From positions 1-31,281 of IMG/VR virus record IMGVR_UViG_3300033076_001090: DNA of 31,281 bases; one strand, written 5' to 3'. Of the stretch, positions 17,801 to 25,787 are shown one piece after another. Under the pieces are notes generated by a model. It worked only from the letters and a program-made list of their open reading frames with translations, was not told the DNA's origin and ran no database searches. The DNA comes from a virus. Taxonomy: Duplodnaviria > Caudoviricetes. Both the position numbers and the translations under genes were made by a program. Position 1 is the stretch's first letter. Each line of letters opens with the position of its first letter.

Positions 17801-18132
17801 GCGCCGCCGACACCGCTGAGGCCGTGTTCTACCGCGCCGTCGCCGCCGCAGACGCCGCGCACGCTGCCCACGGTGCCGCCCTGCGCGCGGTGTACGAGGC
17901 TGCCCGCGCCGAGGGCGAGGCGACCGGCTACCGGCGCGCGATTGACGAGGCGTGCGCACTTCTCGACGAGGAGCAGTTTCGCGCATGGGCGACCTCAGTC
18001 TCGCCGCGGCTCGACGGGTTTGCGGACGGTGTGCGCCATGCGATGTTTGAGGTGCGCAACCTTGCCCTGGTCGAACCGGTAAGCCCCGCTGATGGGTTGC
18101 GCATGACCCGCCGCGCTCGGCACGAGACCTGA
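17797..18132 (+). CDS. Hypothetical protein (111 aa)
   Basis: ATGA overlap at 17797; ARAEGEATGYRRA motif typical of small phage early proteins. Confidence 0.6.
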   Translation: MSAADTAEAVFYRAVAAADAAHAAHGAALRAVYEAARAEGEATGYRRAIDEACALLDEEQFRAWATSVSPRLDGFADGVRHAMFEVRNLALVEPVSPADGLRMTRRARHET

Positions 18133-18140
18133 CGCACGAA

Positions 18141-18172
18141 CGCCCCCCCGGACCATCCGGGAGGGCGCTGTT
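18141..18172 (+). terminator. GC-rich hairpin ending the early operon
   Basis: CGCCC(C)CCCGGA-CCA-TCCGGG(A)GGGCG just after the stop at 18132; weak U-tail. Confidence 0.5.
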
Positions 18173-18175
18173 GGT

Positions 18176-18208
18176 AGCGCGTTAGGCCCCGCCCAAGCCT
18201 AACGCGCT
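18176..18208. repeat. Perfect 12-bp inverted repeat upstream of terS
   Basis: AGCGCGTTAGGC-N9-GCCTAACGCGCT. Confidence 0.8.
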
Positions 18209-18331
18209 GCAGCGGCGACGGCTATGCCGAGGCTATGCTATGGGTGCGCCCTGCGCGCTCCGAGGGACAGACGAGCCAGCGCAGAGGCAGCGGTCAGGTA
18301 CGCACAGGCAGCACCCTTGCGAGGATTGCCG

Positions 18332-18790
18332 ATGACGACGCATAGGCCGAACAATCGGCGCCCAGAGGGCAGAGACGCTGAGTGCTGGGAGGAGCTGACA
18401 CCGGCCCAGCAGCGCGCCGCAGCGTGGATGGTCGACAACGGCCGCGACCACAAGGCCCTGATCCGTGAGGGGATCGCGCTCTCACCGACCGTCTACGGCA
18501 AGTGGGGCCTGGACAACCTCTACCAGTGGGCTGCCTGGTACAAGGACCAGCTGCCGGCGCCGCCCCCCGACCCTGTCGCGTTGATCGAGCAGGCCCTGCC
18601 TGGGCTCACCGAGCAGGCTCTGCTGCTGCTGAAGAGCACGCTCGAGAAGGGCAAGGGCGATGCGACCGCGCTCCGGGCTGCACAGTGGACGCTCGAGAAG
18701 GCCTACGAGCTGGCCAAGGCGCAGCCTCGGACGGACGGCCAGCAGGCAGCGATGGCCGAGCTCGAGGCTGTGCTCCGTGTGGTGAGCTGA
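18332..18790 (+). CDS. terS: Putative terminase small subunit (152 aa)
   Basis: GAGGA RBS before ATG 18332; LTPAQQRAA HTH-like start and ALRAAQWTLEK helix; TGATG-coupled to terL. Confidence 0.65.
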   Translation: MTTHRPNNRRPEGRDAECWEELTPAQQRAAAWMVDNGRDHKALIREGIALSPTVYGKWGLDNLYQWAAWYKDQLPAPPPDPVALIEQALPGLTEQALLLLKSTLEKGKGDATALRAAQWTLEKAYELAKAQPRTDGQQAAMAELEAVLRVVS

Positions 18791-20364
18791 TGGTCGCGAC
18801 GTTCGTGCCTGGTGCAGTCCCGATCCCTCACCGCCCCGCAGTGGCCACGCTGGTCGGTGATGTCGACAGGTTCGCGCGCCTGCACAGGGTGCAGGACAAG
18901 GACAGCAAGCAGCTCGTGCCGTTCACGCCGCTGCCCATGCAGACCAAGATCTTCGAGGCTGTGAAGGCTGGGCACCGGCGCATCCTCATCCTGAAGGCGC
19001 GGCAGGTCGCAGCGACGACCGGCGCGAAGATGGTCATGCACTGGAAGGCCTACACGACGGCCAACGCGGCGATGCACGCAGTCATCTCGATGCGGGACGA
19101 CAGCGCGACCATGCTGCTGGACGACAACCGGCGCTGGCTCGACCAGCTCCCGCAGCTGTTGACCAGGCCGGTCGAGGTGCGCGCACGAGCTCGGCTCGTG
19201 TACGGCGACACCGGCGCCAGCCTGCAGGCGTTCACCAGCCGCTCTCAGACCGGCCTGCGCTCGTTCACGCCAGCCGCTGCGCTGATCTCCGAGGCTGCCT
19301 ACGCCCCGGACCTGGAAGAGGTCCTGGCCCAGGTGGACGCTGCTGTAGGGGATGGCCTCCTGATCGTCGAGAGCACAGCCAACAACCCAGCCGACTTCTA
19401 CAGCTCGCTGGTGCGCGGCGCGCCCGAGAACGGCTGGACCCTGCTGACGATGTTCTGGCACGAGCACCCTGCCTACTGCGACGCACCCTCGCTCGTGCCG
19501 CACGACTTTGAGGCGAGCCTGACGGACACCGAGAAGGCGCAGCGCGAGGCGTACAGCCTGAGCCTGGGCCAGCTGCACTGGCGCCGGCGCACCTGCGCTC
19601 GGCTGGGCAGCGAGCACAAGTTCAGACGGGAGTACCCTGCGTCCATCGATGACTGCTTCCTCGAGCGCGAGGGGGGCTACTACGGCGACGAGCTTCTGGC
19701 GCAGGTCAACGTGCTCGAGCACGCACTGCACGGAGAGCACGTCGGTCGCGAGATCGAGAAGCCGCATCCGCACGACCGGTACGTCATGGGTGTGGACGTC
19801 GGCGGAGGCGTGGGGGGCGACTACAGCGCGCTGTGCGTCGTCTCGGTCGCAACGTCGCAGGTCGTGTACACCGAGCGCAACAACAAGATCACGCCAGCAG
19901 CCTGGGCCCATCGCGTGATCCAGGTCGCGACCAGGTACAACCAGGCCCTCGTGCTGGCCGAGAGCAACAACCATGGGCATGCGCTACTGCTCGAGCTCCA
20001 GGCCTGCGGCTACAACGCACAGTGGCGCGACCCTCGCACGGGCAAGCCGTGGGTGACGACCCTGCAGAGCAAGCTCGACGCGTTCGACACGCTGCGGGAG
20101 TCGTTGAGCCTCGTGAAGATGCTCGACCGACCGACGTGGCTCGAGCTGCGCAGCCTCACGATCCCTCCAGGCAAGGTCGCGCCCGAGGCTCCGAAGGGCG
20201 CGCACGACGACGCTGCGATGGCCATGGCCCTGGCCTACCGGTGCCTGCGTGATGTGCCATCGTCGTGGCGGACGAGTGCGCTACAGTCGGGCCGCACGCG
20301 GATAGACGACCTGCTCGCAGCTTCCCGCGCTCGGCGCATCCGATCCGCTGCTCTGCCCTTCTGA
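18790..20364 (+). CDS. terL: Terminase large subunit (524 aa)
   Basis: ILKARQVAATT Walker A-like, LISEAAY Walker B, IVESTAN motif III, YVMGVDVGGGVGGDYS, AESNNHG and HDDAAMA nuclease motifs; true start ATG 18790. Confidence 0.93.
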   Translation: MVATFVPGAVPIPHRPAVATLVGDVDRFARLHRVQDKDSKQLVPFTPLPMQTKIFEAVKAGHRRILILKARQVAATTGAKMVMHWKAYTTANAAMHAVISMRDDSATMLLDDNRRWLDQLPQLLTRPVEVRARARLVYGDTGASLQAFTSRSQTGLRSFTPAAALISEAAYAPDLEEVLAQVDAAVGDGLLIVESTANNPADFYSSLVRGAPENGWTLLTMFWHEHPAYCDAPSLVPHDFEASLTDTEKAQREAYSLSLGQLHWRRRTCARLGSEHKFRREYPASIDDCFLEREGGYYGDELLAQVNVLEHALHGEHVGREIEKPHPHDRYVMGVDVGGGVGGDYSALCVVSVATSQVVYTERNNKITPAAWAHRVIQVATRYNQALVLAESNNHGHALLLELQACGYNAQWRDPRTGKPWVTTLQSKLDAFDTLRESLSLVKMLDRPTWLELRSLTIPPGKVAPEAPKGAHDDAAMAMALAYRCLRDVPSSWRTSALQSGRTRIDDLLAASRARRIRSAALPF

Positions 20365-20371
20365 GGTCCCG

Positions 20372-22051
20372 ATGCTCACTCCTGCCCGCGTCAGCGACAT
20401 CGTCGCTCAGCACGACCTGTACTGGACCAACCGGCGCGAAGAGATGCGGGAGCTGCGGCGCCTGTACATGACCGACTTCTGGGCCAAGGAAGAGGGCATG
20501 GTCGAGGGCATGCTGCGCACCGAGGTGCCCAAGGCTTACGCGGTGGTCGAGAGCTACCTTGGCTCGCTCTATGCCAAGAATCCGGCTGTCTTCGTGCAGC
20601 CCGATGTGCGCGCGCGGGGCAACGCAGACGTCGCCGAAGCAACCGCGAACCTGTACCTGCTCGGCGTGCGGGAGCAGCTCGAGGACGCGACTCGGTTGGC
20701 GTTGATCTACCCGTGCAGCTTCATGAAGCTGAGCCCGGTCGAGAGCGTGGACCCGCTCAAGCGCGTGGCGGCCGCCGCCCTCCCGCCCTGGGAAGTCATC
20801 GTCGACGCCACGGCCTGCAGCTGGGACCAACAACGCTACGTGGGTCACGTGTACCTGATGCCGCTCGAGGAGGCAGCGGTGCGCTACGACCGGCCCGAGA
20901 CCGACTTCTCGCCTCGCGTCTACCAGAAGTGGATCGACTCCAGCTCGTCCATCGGTGGACGAACCATGATCGGCCTCAGCCCGAACGACAGCAGCGTGCC
21001 GACGCAGGAGAAGTGGGTACGCGTGGTCGAGATGTACGACCTGCAGGCCGACAAGCTGCTCGTCTGGAGCGAGGACCTGCGCACGCCGGACACGTTCGTC
21101 TTCACCGGCGTGAAGGTGCAGATCGGTGCGCTCGAGGCCAGCGCCGGCGCCGACGAGAAGAAGCCGGAGGCTGAGCTCCAGCACGAGACGACCGGCATCC
21201 CGTTCAAAAGCGCCTCCGGGCGGCCGATCGTGCCGATCATCCCGTTGTACTTCTCTCGGGACCCTGACACTCCGCTGCGAGGCTACAGCCTGCTGGCCCG
21301 GTCTCGAGACCAGTTCCGGGAGATGAACCTCATCCGGAGCTACCAGGCGCAGGGCGTGCGACGCATGGCGCGGCAGTGGATGGTCCGGGCTGGGTTCCTC
21401 TCCGAGGACGCTGCGGCCAAGATCGCTCAGGGCCTCGATGGCGAGATGATCGAGGTCGATCTTCAGCCAGGCCAGCCGCTGGACGGGAACATGACGCCGG
21501 TCCCGCAGGCGCCGATCCCTGGCGACATCGCTGCCTACGCGGTCACTGTCGACAACGACATCCGAGACGCTGGCCTCTTGGCCCCGTTCACGCGAGGGGA
21601 GGTGACCAAGTCGACAGCGACCGAGCAGCAGCTGCTGGCGGCCTACACCTCGAGCGAGATCGGCCGGATGGCACGCATCCGGGACAGCGTGATCACGAGC
21701 ATCGCGAGCGTTTACAACGTCATGCTGTCGGTCGTGCTCGGCGACGAGGCCGAACCGCTGGCGCTGCCCAACCCGGTCGGGCCCACCAACCTGAGCGCCG
21801 ACGACCTGACTGGCGACTTCAGCTACTGGGCGGTCGACGCCGGAACCACGCCGATGTCGGACATGGCCCGCCAGCAGAGCCTCGAGCGCATGGCGCCGCT
21901 GCTGTTGTCGCTCGGCGCCCCGCGCGAAGCGGTGCTCTCCGAGCTCGTGCGCGCCTACCAGCTGCCCGAGGCCTTCGCGAAGGCTGTCGAGGCGGCGCAG
22001 CCCCCTACCCCCGAAGGGGCGCCCGCCCCGCTTCCGTTCGAAGGAGTCTGA
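20372..22051 (+). CDS. Portal protein (559 aa)
   Basis: Directly follows terL; size; V.PWEVIVD, PIVPII, TATE and C-terminal helical patterns of P22/T7-type portals. Confidence 0.82.
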   Translation: MLTPARVSDIVAQHDLYWTNRREEMRELRRLYMTDFWAKEEGMVEGMLRTEVPKAYAVVESYLGSLYAKNPAVFVQPDVRARGNADVAEATANLYLLGVREQLEDATRLALIYPCSFMKLSPVESVDPLKRVAAAALPPWEVIVDATACSWDQQRYVGHVYLMPLEEAAVRYDRPETDFSPRVYQKWIDSSSSIGGRTMIGLSPNDSSVPTQEKWVRVVEMYDLQADKLLVWSEDLRTPDTFVFTGVKVQIGALEASAGADEKKPEAELQHETTGIPFKSASGRPIVPIIPLYFSRDPDTPLRGYSLLARSRDQFREMNLIRSYQAQGVRRMARQWMVRAGFLSEDAAAKIAQGLDGEMIEVDLQPGQPLDGNMTPVPQAPIPGDIAAYAVTVDNDIRDAGLLAPFTRGEVTKSTATEQQLLAAYTSSEIGRMARIRDSVITSIASVYNVMLSVVLGDEAEPLALPNPVGPTNLSADDLTGDFSYWAVDAGTTPMSDMARQQSLERMAPLLLSLGAPREAVLSELVRAYQLPEAFAKAVEAAQPPTPEGAPAPLPFEGV

Positions 22052-22052
22052 G

Positions 22053-22619
22053 ATGCCCCTTGAAGTCATGAGCAAGCTGCCCAGCGAGCTCGGCGCTGCG
22101 GCGCGCGACAGCGACGAGATGGTCGGCCTCGAGCTCGCTGCCATGGTCCCCAAGCCGGATCGGCCCTACAGCCCGAAGGTCGTGAAGGCGCTGGCTGAGA
22201 CGCTGGCCTCGGTGCTGCAGGCCATCGGCATCGAAGGCGTGGAGGTCGAGGAGTACACCGGCCCAGTCGCACAGCTGGAGCCTGACGACGTGCGCTTCCT
22301 CGCCATGGTCGCTGCGATGGCTCAGGACTACGGCAAGCCGATCCCGGTGGAGCTCACCGACATCCGAGGGGACAAGGAGCTCACGGTCATCACCGCCCAC
22401 CTCAAGGGCCTGGCCAACGACCCTCGCTTCAAGGCGTTCCTCGAGGTCGACCAGGAGGCCGCAGAGCCTCTGGCTGAGGAGATGGCCATGGAGCGGAACG
22501 GCGAAGTCGAGGTCGAGGGCATGCTCGAAGAGGGCGAAGAGGGCGAAGACGAAGAGGAGGTCGTCCAGGTCAAGAAGCGCGCCAGCCCGGACGCGCTGTT
22601 CCGGTCCCGCATGCGCTGA
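22053..22619 (+). CDS. Hypothetical acidic protein (188 aa)
   Basis: AAGGAG RBS; Glu-rich C-terminal tract; located in the head module. Confidence 0.7.
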   Translation: MPLEVMSKLPSELGAAARDSDEMVGLELAAMVPKPDRPYSPKVVKALAETLASVLQAIGIEGVEVEEYTGPVAQLEPDDVRFLAMVAAMAQDYGKPIPVELTDIRGDKELTVITAHLKGLANDPRFKAFLEVDQEAAEPLAEEMAMERNGEVEVEGMLEEGEEGEDEEEVVQVKKRASPDALFRSRMR

Positions 22620-22627
22620 GGTTCACG

Positions 22628-23242
22628 ATGGCCTTCTTCCGCACACTCACAAGCGCTGTCGGTGGCCTGGCGAAGAAGGCTGCCGAGTCGGCGCTGGTCA
22701 ACACAGTCGCCGAGGCGCTGGGCTTCAGCGGCGCGAACCAGCGGCGCGTTGTGCCCACGAACTTCACGGTCCTCCGGCAGGAGGGCGTGGGTGGCACGGT
22801 TTCGGCGATGGTTGGCCTCGAAGAGGCCATCGACCAGATGTTGCCGGTGCGCTTCCAGTACACCGACTTGTGGGTGCGCCGCGATGGGTCCGTCATCGGG
22901 ATCAAGGGCCTGCGTGTGGGCAACCCGCACGCGCTCTTCTACGGCCCGAACGGACTGCCCTACCTGCACATGTACATCGACCCGCAGAGCGCCAGCCAGA
23001 GCAACACGCTCCGCCGGCGCGCCGATGCCACGCCGAGCGAGCGCCGGAATGGCGAGATGCCTGGCTGGCGCACGTTCATCGTGGGTCGCATCCGTGACCT
23101 CGAGGTCCTTGAGCCGAAGGACGCGTTCGGGCGCCGCAAGCGGTTCAAGATCGCGCCTGGCTTCAACAAAGGCTTCTACGACAGCTACGTGCTGCGTGCT
23201 GGCGATGTCAGCAGGCGGCGCGCGACCTGGGCTCAAGACTGA
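22628..23242 (+). CDS. Stand-alone WYL-domain protein (204 aa)
   Basis: LEEAIDQMLPVRFQY...RVGNPHAL...YLHMY...GWRTFIVGRIRDLEVL...F..APGFN fits the WYL consensus (Ai..v.f.Y, R.v.Py.l, Yl, R.Fr.dRI..l.vl). Confidence 0.72.
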   Translation: MAFFRTLTSAVGGLAKKAAESALVNTVAEALGFSGANQRRVVPTNFTVLRQEGVGGTVSAMVGLEEAIDQMLPVRFQYTDLWVRRDGSVIGIKGLRVGNPHALFYGPNGLPYLHMYIDPQSASQSNTLRRRADATPSERRNGEMPGWRTFIVGRIRDLEVLEPKDAFGRRKRFKIAPGFNKGFYDSYVLRAGDVSRRRATWAQD

Positions 23243-23258
23243 GCACCACCACCCAACC

Positions 23259-24068
23259 ATGGAAGTCCACGTGACCACTCCGACCGCTCCCACCGCAAGC
23301 GCATCGAGCCAACCCTCAACCGCTCAGGCTGTCCTCGACCAGGCGAACGCGCTGCATCCCGAGGCTGCGGCCTCGGCGCCCGAGGTTGAGGCCGCAGAAG
23401 TCGAGGTCGAGGTCGAGGCTGAAGGCAAGCCTGAACGGCGTGGCCTGAGCTGGAACGACGCGCTGAAGCAGGTGCCTCCTGACATCCGACAGCTGATGAA
23501 GTCGATGCAGGCCGACTACACGAAGAAGACGCAGGAGCTCGCCAGCGAGCGCAAGAACTTCCTCGCTGAGCGCGAAGCGCTGCTCAAGGGGCACGCTGAG
23601 CTCAAGGTTCCGGACTCGCTTCCGGAGTACGACCCGTTCAACGAGTCGACCATCGCGGCGCGCATCGAGGCTGAAGTCACGAAGCGGCTGCAGGCTGTGC
23701 TCGAGCCGATGAAGCGGGAGTACGAACAGGTCAAAGCGGAAGAGACCTACAACAGCTTCCTCGCCGAGCACGCTGACCTCAAGACCGACACCGGCCTGCG
23801 CTCCGAGGTGCAGCACTTGCTCGAGAGCAACCCGGCCCTCGACCTGGAGACCGCGTACTGGGCCGCCAAGGGCAAGCAGGCGCGGCAGGCTGCAGCGAGG
23901 GCCACCGAGAGCGACAAGGCGCGGCGCAGCGCAGAGCGCGAGGCTGCTCAGCGTGGGACCGGTCTGCCACGCAAGGGCGCTGCAGCCGCTGCGCCGGCGG
24001 CGCGCGACATCCGCAAGATGTCGTCGGCTGACATCTTCGCCATGGCGCAGTCGTTGCATCGTCGTTGA
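23259..24068 (+). CDS. Capsid scaffolding protein (~269 aa)
   Basis: Acidic/low-complexity N-terminus, MQADYTKKTQELA coiled-coil motif, directly upstream of the capsid gene; start ATG 23259 or GTG 23271. Confidence 0.8.
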   Translation: MEVHVTTPTAPTASASSQPSTAQAVLDQANALHPEAAASAPEVEAAEVEVEVEAEGKPERRGLSWNDALKQVPPDIRQLMKSMQADYTKKTQELASERKNFLAEREALLKGHAELKVPDSLPEYDPFNESTIAARIEAEVTKRLQAVLEPMKREYEQVKAEETYNSFLAEHADLKTDTGLRSEVQHLLESNPALDLETAYWAAKGKQARQAAARATESDKARRSAEREAAQRGTGLPRKGAAAAAPAARDIRKMSSADIFAMAQSLHRR

Positions 24069-24082
24069 GCCTGCGCTACCGT
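24054..24082 (+). promoter_or_regulatory. Sigma70-like promoter TTGCAT-N17-TACCGT for the capsid gene
   Basis: Correct spacing; about 95 nt upstream of the capsid start. Confidence 0.5.
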
Positions 24083-24176
24083 TGCTGCGCGCGGACCACC
24101 CCTATGCGGAGTCCTGTAGCGGCATCCGGTCACGGACACGCCCCCACAGCCAACTTCCAACTGCAAGGGAGGGCCC

Positions 24177-25211
24177 ATGCCCATCAACCCGTCGATCCTC
24201 TCAACCACGCTGCAGCTCCTTCGCGACAAGCTGATCGACAACTCGTTCGTCAGCCACCCGCTCTTCCGGGCGATCGAGCAGGCGGGCAACCTCGTCAAGG
24301 TCAACGGCGGCTCGCGCATCGAGCAGCCGGTGATCTTCGGCGACCACAGCCAGATCAGCGTGCTCAGCAACGGCTTCGAGCCGGTCTCGCTCGCCGTGAC
24401 CGACCCGTTCAACGCGGCCAAGTACGAGTACGCCAACTTCACGCAGCCGATCGTGCTCAGCGCGGTCGAGAAGGCGGCGAACAAGGGCGACTTGGCCGTC
24501 GTGAACATCCTCGAGAGCAAGATGAAGAACGTCATGCTCTCGCTCAAGAAGGCCGTCAACGAGCAGGTCATCCGGGGCACCGGCACGATCAACACGCTCC
24601 AGACGCTCAACGGCAACGGCACCACGACCGTGGCTGCGAACACGACTGGCTGGCTCGAGGGCGTGACCCGCAACAGCCAGGTCGACGTCGTTGGCGGCCT
24701 CGCGAAGACCACGTTCCGCGGTCAGAACTGGTTCAACCAGTTCTTCAACAGCGGCGCCGCCTTCGACCTGAGCCACCTCGACCAGCTCATGATCAACTGC
24801 CAGCTGTTCCACCCCGGCGGCAAGTTCCCCGACATCATCCTCATGAGCCCGGCCTGCTACGGCGCGTTCCAGGCGCAGCAGCAGTCGCAGGTCCAGTACA
24901 TCAACGCGTCCGACCGCGCTTCGCTCGATGCGGACATGGTCGGCATGTGGCGCGGCGCGAAGATCTACGTCGACCCGAACCTGGGCTTCACCGCCAACGC
25001 GGGCTCGGCCATGGGCGCGCTGCCTGTCTCGGCCTACGCGCTCAGCTCGGACATGTTCCAGCTGTACGCTGACGTGGACGGCTGGTTCAACCTCAGCGAG
25101 ATGATGCCGGTCCCTGGCACGGCGACCGAGGCCGCGCAGATCTTCTGCCGCATGCAGCTCGTGACTGGCCACCTCGCCAGCCACGGCGTCCTCATCAACG
25201 CGGAGGCCTGA
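24177..25211 (+). CDS. Major capsid protein (344 aa, HK97-fold by inference)
   Basis: GGGAGG RBS; STTL...LIDNSF.SHPL...GG..I..P pattern of a common phage MCP family; strong codon bias; follows the scaffold. Confidence 0.88.
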   Translation: MPINPSILSTTLQLLRDKLIDNSFVSHPLFRAIEQAGNLVKVNGGSRIEQPVIFGDHSQISVLSNGFEPVSLAVTDPFNAAKYEYANFTQPIVLSAVEKAANKGDLAVVNILESKMKNVMLSLKKAVNEQVIRGTGTINTLQTLNGNGTTTVAANTTGWLEGVTRNSQVDVVGGLAKTTFRGQNWFNQFFNSGAAFDLSHLDQLMINCQLFHPGGKFPDIILMSPACYGAFQAQQQSQVQYINASDRASLDADMVGMWRGAKIYVDPNLGFTANAGSAMGALPVSAYALSSDMFQLYADVDGWFNLSEMMPVPGTATEAAQIFCRMQLVTGHLASHGVLINAEA

Positions 25212-25216
25212 TCACC

Positions 25217-25708
25217 ATGGCGACCTCGACCCTCATCCAGTACCTGCCCGCCGGCGAAGCGCCGGACACCTCGAACCGGGGCCAGACCGAGACGTTCATC
25301 GCGCGCGAGACCGTTGCCGTTGGCGACTGGGTCGCGTTCGACTACGCGGCGACTGCCTCCGGCGACATCACGCGCGGCATCTTCAAGGCCGACGCGAACT
25401 CGAGCCCGGTGCGCACGCCGTTCGGCGTCGTCATCGGCTCGGCGGACCGCGACGCCAGCGGCACGCCGCTGTTCACCGCTGGCAGCCGCATCATCGTTGT
25501 GATCAGCGGTGTCGCCATCGCCAGCTGCAGCGACAACGGCGGCGCCGGCAACGCGATCGGCACCCTGCTCCAGATCACCAACACCGCTGGCACCGCTGAT
25601 GTGGCTTCGGCCGCTTCCGCGCAGCCCGTGTGCGGCATCCTCAGCGAGACCATCGCCCCGGCCGCAGGCACGGTGCTGCGGCGCGTGGTCGTGATCAAGA
25701 ACTTCTGA
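25217..25708 (+). CDS. Capsid decoration/cement protein (163 aa)
   Basis: FIARETVAVGDWV and V..SG.A patterns, Gly/Ala/Thr-rich; between the MCP and a terminator. Confidence 0.68.
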   Translation: MATSTLIQYLPAGEAPDTSNRGQTETFIARETVAVGDWVAFDYAATASGDITRGIFKADANSSPVRTPFGVVIGSADRDASGTPLFTAGSRIIVVISGVAIASCSDNGGAGNAIGTLLQITNTAGTADVASAASAQPVCGILSETIAPAAGTVLRRVVVIKNF

Positions 25709-25739
25709 TCCGCGCTGCTCAGCCCAACCGGGTACACTG

Positions 25740-25772
25740 GCCCCGTCCGCCCCGCGCGGGCGGGGCTTCGTT
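25740..25772 (+). terminator. Rho-independent terminator after the capsid/decoration genes
   Basis: GCCCCG...CGGGGC stem followed by TTCGTT. Confidence 0.6.
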
Positions 25773-25787
25773 GCAGGAGGCAACAGG

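Noticed and set aside
18703-22153. Long antisense ORFs (18703..19980, 20156..22153, and similar ones elsewhere)
   Set aside because: Shadow frames of high-GC sense genes; no motifs or RBS.
22662-23258. Extended 5' ends in the ORF track (22662 scaffold; also 18502, 15185, 9466, 29226, 29462, 17390, 17617, 18224, 14761)
   Set aside because: They overlap upstream genes or lack an RBS; internal starts with an RBS or stop-start coupling fit better.
25200-25220. Capsid-decoration readthrough or frameshift fusion (T7 10B-like)
   Set aside because: No slippery sequence; the downstream gene is in another frame and has its own GGAGG RBS.
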